The notes below the pieces were generated by a model. That model searched no databases, was not told where the DNA came from, and saw nothing but the letters and a program-made list of their open reading frames with translations. DNA of 63,332 nt, the filler included, from Reclinomonas americana ATCC 50394 (lineage: Eukaryota), in NCBI GenBank assembly GCA_048213135.1. It is 12 parts of 12 records of this genome, joined end to end, with 100 filler letters (N's around TTAATTAATTAA, not from the genome) between each part and the next. Parts side by side here need not be neighbours in the genome. Positions count along the whole stretch, not along the records: positions 12,774 to 28,839 come from AFZH01022777.1; 11 more parts are not named here. One strand, given 5' to 3'. Shown here in pieces: positions 12,845-25,358 of the stretch. The translations under genes were made by a program, and so were the position numbers. The first letter of the stretch is position 1; the number at the start of each line of letters is the position of its first letter.

Positions 12845-13260
12845 CTATGTCAGCAGCTTCACCGCCGAGTTGATCAACAGAGAGGCCGCTCGCTCCACCA
12901 CCGAGTACAGACCGAGACCACCTTGCGACAGCGGGGTGTAGAGGAAGGGTGTGCCGGAGTCGTTGTTGAGGCCGATCGCGAGGCAGAGTCGGATGCTGCC
13001 GCGGATCTTGCGGTCGAATCTGGGGAGCACGTCCGGCTGAAGCTCCACGGCCGAAATGACAAAGGTGGCCTTGGTGAGGACGAAGCAGCGAACGGCATCC
13101 ACCTTCTGGAGCGGCAACAGCGACGACTGCTCGATCGGCCGCGGAGTGAAGAGCTGCTTCTCCAGCATCTCCGTCACTTGCTTCTTCGCCTCACTTGTGC
13201 GAGTCGGTGAGTAGAACGGGTAGCCAAGCCAACGATCGCACTCAGTGATCGACAGATGAC
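12845..13260 (-). mobile_element. Remnant of a non-LTR retrotransposon reverse transcriptase (last RT motif + thumb; resembles RLE-type clades)
   Basis: RWLGY (Y/WLG motif)...LLPLQKVDAVRCFVLTK...FDRKIRGSIRLCL...FLYTPLSQGGLGL. The YADD core is absent upstream and the frame stops at 12845. Confidence 0.8.
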
Positions 13261-13414
13261 ATGGCCGCGCGCGGAATACAGATCCGGCGCCGCAACGCCC
13301 CTGCTCGGTAGCCTTCTCTCTCTCTCTCTCTCCCTCTCTCGAGCTCGCTCTGTCGTCTCCATTATGCTCTCTTGCACACGCATTTGCTCTCAATGCAGCT
13401 GCAGCTGGCGCAGA

Positions 13415-13550
13415 CGTCGCGATCGATCGAGCGCGACGATGCTTCTCCCCCTCCTCCTCTCTGTTCCACACTGATCTCTCCCTCGCCTCCAGCTCCGTCG
13501 CTTAGCTCGAAATCTTTGTGAGTGTCCCGACGGACGTATCGTGTCCGTCG
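13415..13550. other. Two GC-rich inverted repeats downstream of RepHel (candidate 3' subterminal hairpins)
   Basis: 13415-13438 CGTCGCGATCGATCGAGCGCGACG is a near-perfect palindrome. 13528-13550 CGACGGAC-gtatcgt-GTCCGTCG is an 8-bp perfect stem. Confidence 0.4.
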
Positions 13551-13696
13551 CTGCGTGTCCGTTACGTTGGGAAAATAGGACAAGTAAATGGAAGGCCGAT
13601 AGGCCTACCGCGGGTCTTCAAATTCAAAGAGTGTGGAGGTACATTGTGTCTCATCATGGCGAAGTGCTGGTTGGCGTCGCGGAGTTGCGCAGTCTG

Positions 13697-16600
13697 TCAG
13701 GAGGCCTCGGTACGTGCGGGGCCATTGAGAGCTTCTAGCATCGTCATAACGGCTGACTGAATGTCCGCGCGTAGGTGCTCGAGAGAGTAGTGAGCGGACA
13801 TGGTTGCCAGTGTGGCAGCCGCCACGCTGTCGTCCATGGATGTCGCGTAGTCCATCCATAGCGGCACAGGTGTGGTTTCCATAGCCGCCGTCGTAATCGA
13901 TGGTGATGGGCGCGTGGCACTTGCGCCAGCGGCAGGATGTCGCTCGTCGGTGATCCGATCGCGAGGCCGTTGAGCAAGCCAGTTAGCAAGCTCTGAAGGC
14001 GCGTCGACACCGAGGCGCGACAGCATATCGTGGAGTGTGAACACTGCACGTGCTCGCAGTGCTCGAAGCGCAGAGCGACGACCTGCCATCTCCTTGGTGC
14101 TGAGTAGGGCACGTACCAGTGGCCACGCACTGCTCGCCGATGGGGGCGCTTCAACGGCCAACTGGTATCCATCGTCGCAGGCGTCACCGTGATCGGTCTG
14201 GACGATGTTGAGGAGAATGTCGTTCACGTCTCGCACGCGCGATAAGGCGACGTAGAGCAGGTTGGTGCGGATGACGAACAAGCCAACAGTATCTGTATAC
14301 GTGTCGGGTGCGGGAGGTACTGACGTTGAGGCGCCGCCAGTGGCAGTGGCGGACGAACGTGCGGTATTGCGCCTGCCCCTGGCCTTGGCTTCCGCGGCCG
14401 CAGCTGTTGCGCGCTTCGCAGCGTCGGCAACGGCGCGTGCGCAGTCCAGTATGTCTCTGGAAGGGAATGAAACCGCGATGCTGTCGAGTGTGAGGCCTTG
14501 GCTCTGGTGAAGTATATGATGATGTTATTTTGTTAGACGTACGTGTCGATGAAGTTGCAAGTGGTGCAAATTCACTGCTTACCTTGTGAATAGTCTGAGA
14601 GTATGCCTCCTCGAGTGGAAACATTTTCCGTGTAACTTTCTGCGGTCGATTGTCGGCTGCTTTCGTGAGTGCCTTCTTTCGTTGTTTGGTAACATCGGCG
14701 GTCAGCTGCATCGGCTCCACAAGCACGATGTTGTCGTGCAAGTACTGCGCGCGCGAGAGTGATACAAATGCATTCACTGTTAGCACGGTGAATAGTGAAG
14801 AAGCTTAAGGGGTGTGGCGAGAGTGGTTGTTACCTTGTAGTCGCCGAGTGCTCCTTGTGGTTGTCGTATGTTGTCATCCAGTCTGAGTAGTACGCCGGTG
14901 GGCATGTTGCAGTCAATGACATGTTGTGTGCTGTCGCTGGGTTGCGGCCGTTCGCCATTTGCCCACAAAACGTCGACCACTGTTCCTATGCTGCCGTTGA
15001 CAACGCCGCACTCGGCTAGGCCGTTTTGCCCATTGGTCGTTAACATCAAGCGAGCACCGCGAAACAGTATGAGCGTGTCTGGAAGTGCCGACAGTCCCTT
15101 GTAGTGTCGGCGTGACACGCTCAAGGCTGGTGCGCCTGCGCGTCTACTGACTCCTGCGCCGTCGCCGTCGCCGCGTTGAACTGCAGCTGGTGTTGTTAAC
15201 GTTGCAATTGGTGGCAGTGGTGACGGCAGTGTAGCAGCTGCTGTCGTTCTCGTTGTTGTTGTCGTTGAAGATGTTGTTGTCGGTGTCATTGTTGTTGGAG
15301 ATGTATCCGCAGCAGGTACGGAGTCCAGCGCCCGAACACGTACTGGAAGATGCTGCACATCAGCGCTGTGTAGGAGTGTTGCGTGGCGGGAGAAGTCCTC
15401 CGTTGCCGCCTTTCTCGGGAATAGGTGCATTGACCGCTTCCCCGCGATTGCCGCTCGTACTGCTTCGGAGCTTGGGTTGTAGTCGGTGGCAGCAGCGTCA
15501 GAGTGCACGTCTGTGGGACCGTTGTCGTGAAGGACTCGGAGGTTCCCTCGTTCGAAGTACAACCACAGTGACTGGAGTGATAGTCTGTTTATCACGGTCG
15601 TAATGGCGTTGGCGTCACCCGCGCACAGCTCGAACCCTGGCACGTGTACACCTCCACGCTCCGCGATTAACGTCACAACAGCCGAGTCCTTGTCTTGCAC
15701 TGAGAGTCGGTGGGAGCGCAACAGTTCGTCGTACTTGGTCTCCACAATAAACTGTGCAGCGGCGAGAGCAACAGCAGGAATGAGGGTGTGGAGCGTGTAG
15801 GTTTCGTCACTGAGTGTTGATGCTGTTTGGTCGTCCGGTACACGTTCACCACGTCTCACCAGACTCTGTACAATCCGAAACACAGCTTGCCGTACGCTCC
15901 AGTGACACGCTTGCAACAATAGTGGTGTGTTGGCGATGACTTGTGCGGTAGCGTTTCTGTGAAGTTGAACATCACGGAGTCGACTGTCCGCAGGTATACC
16001 ACCGTAATCATCGTCGCCTGCACTACGTGCCAATCGTCCCAGGTGTAGGCCGAGTTCACTGTTCGTGCTACAGTCAAGGTCGAGTGGTGGAAACTGGAAC
16101 GGGTTCCGTTGTCGCATGTTGTGTAACAGTTCAACAGTCGCACTCTGCCGAAGTTTCCGGAACAGATTGTGTCCAGCCGACGACGCTTGAGAACTCCCAG
16201 CACCAATGTTCGCAACATCGGAGTCTGGAGTTGCCTGGAAAAGTGGACGGTCGCCAATGGCCTCCAGTTGCGCAAAATCGCCGATGAGCACCACCGTGAT
16301 CCCACCAAAGGGCAGCAGATGAGCTCTGAATCGTCCACGCATGGGCAGTGGGATGTCGCTGACATGTACACCGCGACGGCGAACGAAACTGTCCGTCGAG
16401 AAGCACTGCATCACCAGATGTGCTCGCCGCTCGCAATAGTGGAGAAGAGCGGAGCCCACCATCGACATCTCATCGATCACGAGCACCCGGAGCATCTGCC
16501 ACCGTACTCTGATACGACAGAGCTGCTTCGATTCAGAAATGTCCGCTCCGACTGTGCTGGGGGAGAAGCCGAAAAACTTGTGAATCGTAGTGCCTCCGGG

Positions 16601-19600
16601 AAGCAGTTTGGCAGCCGCAGCTGTATAGGCCACCACCGCTACACTGCCTGGTCCGTAAACAGTCTCTAATAGTGACTTGACCACCGTCACTGCTGCCGTC
16701 TTCCCTGTCCCACCCTCGCCGCTGATAACCACACCGTGTCTGTGTTGGGCGAGGTGCTCATCCGCACCAACGTGCGCGTCACCCTGGAGTCGTGCGTTAC
16801 CGGCGACCACTGAGAGAACAGTGGCAACAGACACGCGTTGCATCGCCGTCAAGGAATCAATGGTTGCCCCTGAAACGGATGGTGACGGCGCCTGTGGCTC
16901 CGGCCGTGGTGGTGCTGCAGGTGCAGGTGGAAGTGGCTGTTGTTGGCGTTGTGGTTCTGTTTGCTGGTGTTTGTAATACAGGCTTTTGATCGCCTTCGTG
17001 TCCTCGGAAATCCGCGCTGCCAAGTTGACTGTTTCGGCGTTGACTCCCATTGCCAGCCACGAATGCGATGCGTCGACGACAGAAAATGGGAGGTCGGCAC
17101 CGGCATCGGTTGCCACTCCTCGCTGTCTCGGCGGCTGCTGCACTTGCGATGGATTGGTGCCGATGAACTCGATTGCCGGATCGACGTCGACGACACGGGC
17201 GAAATGACCACGCAGCTGCTTGCGCTGTTGCACCAATTCACGATACCGCTCCAGCTCGTCCTCTGAGGAGATTGCAGCCGAAGAAACCTGGTGCTCATCG
17301 CTTCCTTCCTCCTCGTCGATGTAGCCATCCACATCACCCTCTGCTCGCCGCCGCTCGTCGTCCTCACGGGCACCTCTCTCTTGCTGATTGGCGATGTGGA
17401 TTTTGAGAGCGGCAGTGTAGTCTGCCGTCATTCGATCGTGCAGTGGACGATCAATGACCTCCGCCAGCATGTTGTAGTCGACGAGCAGTACGCTGTTCTC
17501 ACTGGAGGTCACGAATGTCGTGAGCTGCTGGAGAAGCCAGTCACGCATTGCTGCTGAGTGGCCAGCAAACGCGGCGGCCTGAATGTTACTGGCAAGACTG
17601 TCGAAGTGGTACTCAGCCGGTGGAACACGAGCCGGCGCCTGTTGTTGGAACTGCAACGTCGTCGTCCACCATCCGGCGAGTGGGTCAAGTATTGACCGCC
17701 GCACAAGGTGACTCGGCCACTGCTGTGCTGGCAACAGCAGTAGAAGTGCTGACGGTGGCATGTACGAATACTCAGTGCTGCGGGAAACGTTGGCTTCGTT
17801 GTCACGGTGGCGTTGGCGTTCCTCCTGTTGACGAGCGTTGAGCACGGCCAGCAAGTTGTTCACCACGGTCGCCAGAGTACACGGCTCATGTGCATTCGGC
17901 AGCCCGTCATCGTCTCGGCTCTGGCACACGCTCGCAAACGTCGCTTGTGGCCAACAGTTCTCCAGTTCGACGCTGAGGCGTTCAACCGTAATCGCCGTGT
18001 TGACAGTCCTTCGCATCTGGTACCAGGAGGCGAACAGCTTGCACTGCTGGTACGACCAAGCATTGCTGACACCGGCGACAGAGCCGTCGGGTGCGAAGCG
18101 CAAAGGTCGGTAGGGTGGCAAGATTCGCAATATCTTGTGTGACGACGTGTCCGCGGCGAGCTTCAGTGCTCGGTACGGGCCATTCCACCGTGAAACAAAG
18201 CTGTAGAACGATGTCCATCGCGCCACATGTACAGCCGCGCCCTGCCCGTCACAATCTTGGTCGCGTTCTCTGATACCTCGTCGACTTGTTGCGTGGCCTT
18301 CGAGATACAGCTGCATCAGTGACTTGTTCGCGTGCTTCCTCGATAGCTCTCCACCTTCTCGTTGCGGCATCTCCACGTCGTCCTTGGCCATGTTGTTGCA
18401 TTCACAGTCAACAATCGAGTAGTGCCGTGCCATCAGCTGAGCCCCTGCGATGTCCAAGTGTACGGCATCGGCATTGTCGTCTCCACCACTGCCATCGACA
18501 TTGCCGGCAGGTTCAGCAGCTGCTGTCGGTGCCGCCAGCGCAGTGTCGTTGATGAAGTTGGGTTGGTGGCCGCGGACGCGTCGCACAGTATTCGTGTCGA
18601 ATCCGGCAAAGTGCAACATCAACTTCACCACTGACCGAGACGACCGCTTCATGTAATACCCGTTAATGAAGCAAACAACTTCTTGCGCACAGTAATCGCG
18701 GTCCTTAATCGTAGCGTTGTTAAAGCTCCGCTGGATTGCTGCGAGAGCGGTAGCCTGTCCAGGAGAATACGTCATCACGTGCTGCAGAGCGAGAGCGAGA
18801 AACGCTTTGGCAGATACTGACGCCTTCTCGCTTTTCATGGCATACCCGACAACGTAAACAGCGGCTCCGTAGGCAGACTGATCCAGCATAAACTGCATGT
18901 CATGGTGGGCGCCGTAAATGCTGAGGATGAGCGGGTTGTACGCGTTGACCATACACTCGGCCTCGCGTGGCCTAGGCAGCGCCACCTGGAGTGCGTTCCG
19001 GTGCTTGTGATGCGAGGTGATGGTTGCGTTCTGTTGTTGTTGACGTGGGAAGTTGAACTTGCACACTCCCCTCAGACCTCCACAGTAAGGCGTGTGACTG
19101 TGCATCTGAGTGGTCGAAACCATATCAGCCAGGTGCTGATATTCTCCGCGTGCCAAAATGTCTGGCGGAGTGCGTTCATGTGGGTGCTTTCTCGACAAGC
19201 GCACACTCTCGTCAGCCGCAGCCGTCACCACGTCATCCGGATCCAGAATGGCCACGGAATCGTCAACTGCGCTCTCCATGCCCGTTGCATCGTGAACAGT
19301 GTCGTCGATCGAGACGGCGTTGCCGGCGTGGTCGCAGCTGTCGGCGTGTACACCGTCGACGCGAGTACGGCGTGAGTGATCTTGCTGTTCCTCGCCGCAG
19401 ACCATAGACGTATCACGCGCCTCGTCTGCCTCTCGCAGCTGCAGTGCATGCGCAGCGTCGTCACCACAGTCGTGTTGCCCATCACCGTCCAGACGACAGG
19501 TACCGTCACGAACATCGGGCATGCGCATCGTCTCCTCCTCGTCAGCGCCCTCAATGACATTATGACGTCCGTCATGGAGTTGTTGGTCTGCGGTGTCATC

Positions 19601-22600
19601 ACTCGTCGGTGACATCGTCAATGTCGCTGGGACCAGTGTTGCAGATGTGCCGCTGCTGCTGCCGGACGACTCGTGTGCGCGCTCGTCGTTGCCAGCGCCC
19701 ACCAAGTCAAGGATCTCGCGATCTGGATTGAGCGTGAGGGAGACTACATGTATACAACACGTTCACATGCAAGTGCATTGATAAGTGCACAGTCGCTCTC
19801 AAAGGCTGCAGTGATGCATCGATGCACGTACCATAGTGGATGTCCGTGATGTTGGCAATACGGAGCGTTAGCAGTTGATCACCTTGAACTCCGTGGCCAC
19901 CGACGTCGTCCACATCAATCGGTGCAGCTGCCGCCACCACTCGCACTGCAGGTCGAAGTGCACGCCACGCAGGTCTAAAGTCACTTGGTTTGCTTGCGTC
20001 TACTCCGTCCAAGCCGTGTCGCACCTCAGCCGTGAGCACGAGAATGTGAACATCGAGCGCACTCGCGGCTGCCGCCACAAGAATAGCATCTCCGTCGACA
20101 CGCGGATTCGCCATGTGGTCGCAGTACTGCATGCATATATGTGAATAATAAATTACATGGTGAGAAAGAAGCACATGTTGCAGGAGGTGAGGTTTGGTGC
20201 GCACCTCGTCTATGGAATGGAATTGATTCGGATAGTGCGTAAACACCGCCTGTGTGAACGTCTGTTTCAAAATGTCACCGTCTGTGTCGCACAGCTCATG
20301 CCGGTGTTGTCGCAGCCAGCAAATCACATAGTGGCGAAGCACAACAGCGGCCAACATTGGTGGTAGATCGACAATGTTCCGGACACGCTCATCGTCAACT
20401 CCAAAGTCCGCCACATGAAGCCCAAGGTCGACACTGTCACCGTAGTCGAACTGCTGCCTGACCAACAGCTGATTCCGCAGCGCCGTGAGGACCTGGCGAC
20501 TGCACACGCCGTCCGCATCCCTGTCGAGTGGCACGCTGATCGCGCCATCGTCGGCAGGTGCGTAATAGTCGGCATAGTGAGCAAGCTGGAAAAAACACCT
20601 GTCACTGCCGTCAACAATGTCGCCGTTAACGTAGCCGCACTGCCGGAGTTGGTGGTAAATTGCAGTGAACAGACAGTTGCCACCCACGCAGCGGTCGTCG
20701 ACGGTGATGTAACCGGCATCGCGTGCCACGTAGTCGAGAGCAGCGTAAGGGTTGACCGGGTCAGGGCGTGGTGGCGGTGCCTGTGCTGCAGCAGCAGTTG
20801 CTGCAGCAAACCGAGCATGGTCAACTGCAGTCGCTCTTTCCGCATTCTGCTCCACCCACTGGCGATAGTGTTGCGCCACCATCTCGACCGACGAGTCAGG
20901 GGACGGAAAGCATGTAGTCATTCCAAGTGAGCCCATGAGGAACGAGGCAAGATTCTCACGGAGAAGCACATTGTCGTCGTGGTCATCGAGCAGTGATGTT
21001 GTTCCATCGGCAGGCTGCCGGTCTGGCACGAATGCGGGATTCAGCCACAGTAGCCCATGCAGATGCAACGCGCCTGCGCGTGTTCAAGTCAGCACATCGA
21101 GTGTGAAGTTGTGGTAAATTACAAAAGGCAACCGAACAAACCACGCTGCTGTGCTTCGAGGCGCCAGAAGTAGTCTTTCACATTGTACTCGGGAACCAAG
21201 ATGACCTCGAAAAGCGCTGCAATTCGCGCCTGCAAGAGCCGGACAGCAGCGTCTGGTTGCATGGCAAGTGATCGGTTGCGCTGCATGTTGGCAAAGTCGT
21301 AGTGCACTTCTGCGCTTGAGCCGCCAGAGAGTGGCAATGCCTTGTTCACTCGCCCTCGATCCGTCAGCATCTTCTCGAACTCTGGCCAGTTGTCCGACAG
21401 AGTGAGCGTAATGAAAAGGTGAGGAACTCCGAGAGTCGGTGACTGCATCATCGCAGTCACGTCCTCGTGTGTTTCCTTCCAAAACGCACGCGAACCGCGA
21501 ATAGGGGCAGTAAACCTGAACGCCTTTGCAGCCAGTTGAGGGTCGGCAGCCAAGGCGGCCGCGAGTTGGTCCGCCGTGGCGTCTCTTCCGAGAGCAGCGT
21601 TGGTTGACACGAAATACAGTGACTGGTTGCGAATCTTTTGACGATGTGACAAGTCAAACACGATGTAGCTGCGCATGCGCGAGCGCGCGCATCTGTGAGT
21701 CAGCAGAGAATTGGAAGGTAGAGGCTATAGCTAATCACTCACCGGAAATATGGGTGGCAGGCGAAACGCGGATGGTGAAACTGCATCAAATGCCGTCCAA
21801 ATTCGCACCATGACACATAATGTTGTCGCTCCACCATGACGTCAACGAGGACTTCTGTACCGTCATCTAGAGTCTGCTTCTGCTGCATGTTGAAATGCCT
21901 GACAGTGATATCGCCGCGGGAAGTCGGGAACAACGTAGCCAGGCACATTGTGAGCCACCCATTGACGTGGTACTCGCTCAACGGCTTCGCCCCAAGCGTT
22001 GGCGCACTCATTGTCACTATCGCTCGTCCACGGTCAACGGCGCTTGCAGCAGCGGTCGGTTGCTCATCATCTCCTCTCGTGCCATTTACACTCATAGTAA
22101 CATGGCGCCGGTAAAGCGAATGCGCATTGTCCTGAATGTGTGCGTCAAGCTGGTCGCCGACAAGTGGCAGGTCGAATTCACCACGCCCGTCACAGACGTC
22201 ACGTTCGTAAAGAGCACTCATCTCCTCTGCCTCTCGCTCACGCTCACGGATAATAGCCATGAGGTCGGCAGCCAGTTCCTTGTCAAAACCTCCATCGTCA
22301 TGTGTCGAGTAGTACAGAGCTAGCGCATCCATGTCCTCCTCTTCTCTCACAAGATCGTCACGGAATTCGTCGTACTCGTCACAAAGTTCTCTATCTCGTG
22401 CGTACCGCACTGCCTCGTCATCATCCAGATCAGCTAGAGTCGGTGGCGGCACAGCCGCTCCACACTGAGTGAGTGACACACCGAGCTGAAGCGAGGAGTG
22501 GCCAGCACCTTGATCCCCTGCTGACGCTGCAGCCGGTTGAAGGCACTCGAGGAGATGCTGAAGTGCAGCCTCTGTAGCAGCTCCTCTTCCAACACTTTCG

Positions 22601-25358
22601 CAATCACGTGTTCTCTCTGCTGGAAACCCGTCACACACATCAATGTTGTGCTGCCGCAGCACGGCGGCGACGCTAGCGTTGTCAATATCCCTCATCATTG
22701 AGATGTTGGGATCAACGATTGAAAGAGGAAAATAACTCTCCTTTTCGAGTGTCTCAGCGTCGTCAAACGTGAGCATCACTTCCTCCTCAGCACAGCGAAT
22801 GTCCGCACTGGCACACTCACTGCTGTCGTCATCACGACTGCGATCGCCACTGGCGCGGGCACCATCCGTTGCACCACTCCCATCACTGTCTGCATCACCA
22901 CTGCCGCCAGTATCATGTTCAACTGGCACAGATGGAGGTAGTTGATCGCGATTGGGATTACCCCCACTCTCGCTCGGTGCGTTGATAACGAAGTTGTCCA
23001 TCTCCTCTCGGTCCTGCACAATTCGTTGCCCAATCCCCTGTCCAACAATCAGATACCCGTTCTCTGGCAGCACGGCAAGGTTGCCCTCCGAGAGGGTAGC
23101 GTGATGCGCGCGGTAGATGGGATTGTTCGCAATCAGCCACTCCAACGCGGCCCGCACTCTCTCACGTCTCACCAGGCACCGTACTGGAGGTAGGTCATGC
23201 ACACGTTCCTGAATCACCACAAGCTCATGAACGTCACTTGGTAGCCGCGGCAAAACGTGAAACACAGTGGCACTATCGTTCCAGAAGCTGATGCTGTGAC
23301 CAGAATACGAATACTGTGACCCGCGGAGAATCTTGACCTTCACGATCCTCGCAACCATGGATATCAGCCTCTCCTCGGCCAGCGTGAGCCCCTGAAGTTC
23401 TGGCGGCACTTCGTGGTCCGGAACCATGTTGTTTTTCGGGCCAAACACATCGCGTCGTAGCGCTGGTGTGCCGTCAGGGTTGACAAGCTTCCGATGTTGC
23501 TTCTCAGATGCGCACTGCGAGCACAGTTGGACGCATACCTTGTCCGGTAATCCAGGCACCTCAGTACCGGCGTGCGACCCTTGGCCGTAAACAGTCACAT
23601 GCTGGTCCGGGCGGGGAACCATAGTTGTCAGTAATTGCATCCCATGATATTGCGCGCCTGTGCATGTACGTTTTCGTCGGTCAGACATAGACTGCAGACA
23701 TTGGCCGTCCGCATTGAATCGCGCACGAACTAACCACAGTTCCAACACGGGCAGTCGGGGAAAGCGATTCTCTTTTGCACCGCATCCAAGAACTCCAGTC
23801 TTGTGTGTTGCAGGTGTAATGCGATTGTCTCTGTTTGTTTAAGTTTCGCGCACAAGTCAGTCAATCCTCACTCAGCGGCACTACATGGGCGCCTTGTTAC
23901 TTACCGTTGAAAATCTTCTGCTGCTCAGCAGATCCATTGGCAGCATTGTTGAACGCGTACAACTCATCGTAGCGCACGCCGCACGTCGGACACTTGCCCT
24001 TCGGATCTCGCATTCCAGATCCAGCAGCACTCACACCATACCGTCGCTTGCTTGCTCGTTCATGGTCGTCTGTTACGATCACGTTAAATTTAAAGTGAGT
24101 GGTGGAGAAGAGCCGGGCAGAACTATCAAACACTTGCACGCCACACACCATTCTCGGCACCATCGTCGCCACATTCATCCAACTCTGACCGCGCACGTGT
24201 CCGTTTGTTGCCGGTCACGGTACGTGCACGTGAATCGTCTGCTGTGGCTGGCCGAGACTCAGGTGCAGAAGAGGCGACCACTGGTTGTGGTGTCGGAGTT
24301 TGTTGAGAGTCGAGTGTGCGCGCACTGGGCCGCACAACTCTGCCGCTCCTCGTACTTGTTACTGTCGGCGCAGTAACAGTTGCTGATGTGGCGGCGTCGT
24401 CGATTTCCATGCCGTCGACACGATCAACGGAACGCCGCTGCGCATGCTGCGCGTGAGCTGCCGACGCCATTAGCTCCTCTGGCATGGCGAAACCGTGACC
24501 GGCTGATGGGCCTCTCCGCAAGGCAAGCAAGCCCGATTCTTCAAAGCGACTGCGTCGCCGCCGGAAATCCGCGCTTGAAGGTTGGGCCACCAGCGGATGT
24601 GCTGAAACTTCCAGCAGCCTCCACGCATCCTCGTTGGTGGCCAGGATGGCCTCCATCTTCGTCGATCCCTCGTCGACCAGCCGAAGTGCCCTTGTCCACA
24701 GCGATTCAGCGCCGAAGCAATCGGCAAAGTCGTGGTCACTCGTCTCGTCGCTGTAGCTGCAGCACCCATGCTGCATCGCCAGCAGCCAGTTGGTGATGCT
24801 GTGGGCCGTCATTGTTGCGTTGGTAGCATCAGGGTTGATGGCCACTGCAACGCCGACATCTGCTGCACCGTCACAGACGTCAGCACATGATCCGGCGTCT
24901 CCGCACGCAGCTGACAACGCGAGGCGAGCACGATGCCAACCGGGTACTGCGAGGAGCACTGAGTGTGCCGCCGCCAAGGTGTCGTGATTGTCACGCATGT
25001 GACGGTCGTCCATACGCTGTAAGTCGTCAAGGATATCGCGCACATTATCCGTCCACGCGGCGGCGGCAGCAGCGGCTGAAGGGGTCCGTGTTGTGGAATT
25101 GCCGGCGCCGTAGCTGAAGCAGTGCGTTGACTTGTTGTACGTTGGCGACTCAGTGTTGACGAGGCACTCGGCCAGGCCGCATGCGTTGCGGCCGTCGAAT
25201 GTGGCCCACCCGCACACGATGAGCAGCATCATGCTGAGCAGTGCTCTCGCACAGACACCTCGTGCGTCGCCCGCCGCCCACGTGATGGCGTACTGCTCGA
25301 AAGGAGGGCGCGGGTGTGTGTGCCGTGCTGCGATGAACTGCGCATCACATTCACGCAC
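13697..25358 (-). CDS. Helitron Rep/helicase: CxxC fingers, DUF6570-like region, HUH Rep with inserted OTU-like domain, PIF1-family helicase; 5' end uncertain (possibly ATG 25641)
   Basis: N-terminal region: VPPELQGLTLAEERLI...GHSISF...LPRLP...VRAALEWLIANNPIY. Rep: IRGSRAFW, PHLFITLT, WRLEAQQRG/ALHLHGLLW, QMHSHTPYC...CKFNFP, NAYNPLIL...HHDMQ, YVVGYAMK, AQEV. Helicase: GEGGTGKT, LVIDEMSMV, PFGG...GDFAQL, NMRQ, VNGSIG, FPLEEAYSQTIHK/SQGLTL, YVALSRVR. GT-AG introns at 14504-14582, 14745-14833, 19744-19831, 20127-20204, 21074-21141, 21669-21742, 23658-23734, 23831-23904 and 24070-24148 give one continuous frame. Confidence 0.93.

Noticed and set aside
13697..14250. C-terminal AP endonuclease typical of Helentrons
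   Set aside because: The ~180 aa after YVALSR show no EEP motifs such as GDFN or SDH.
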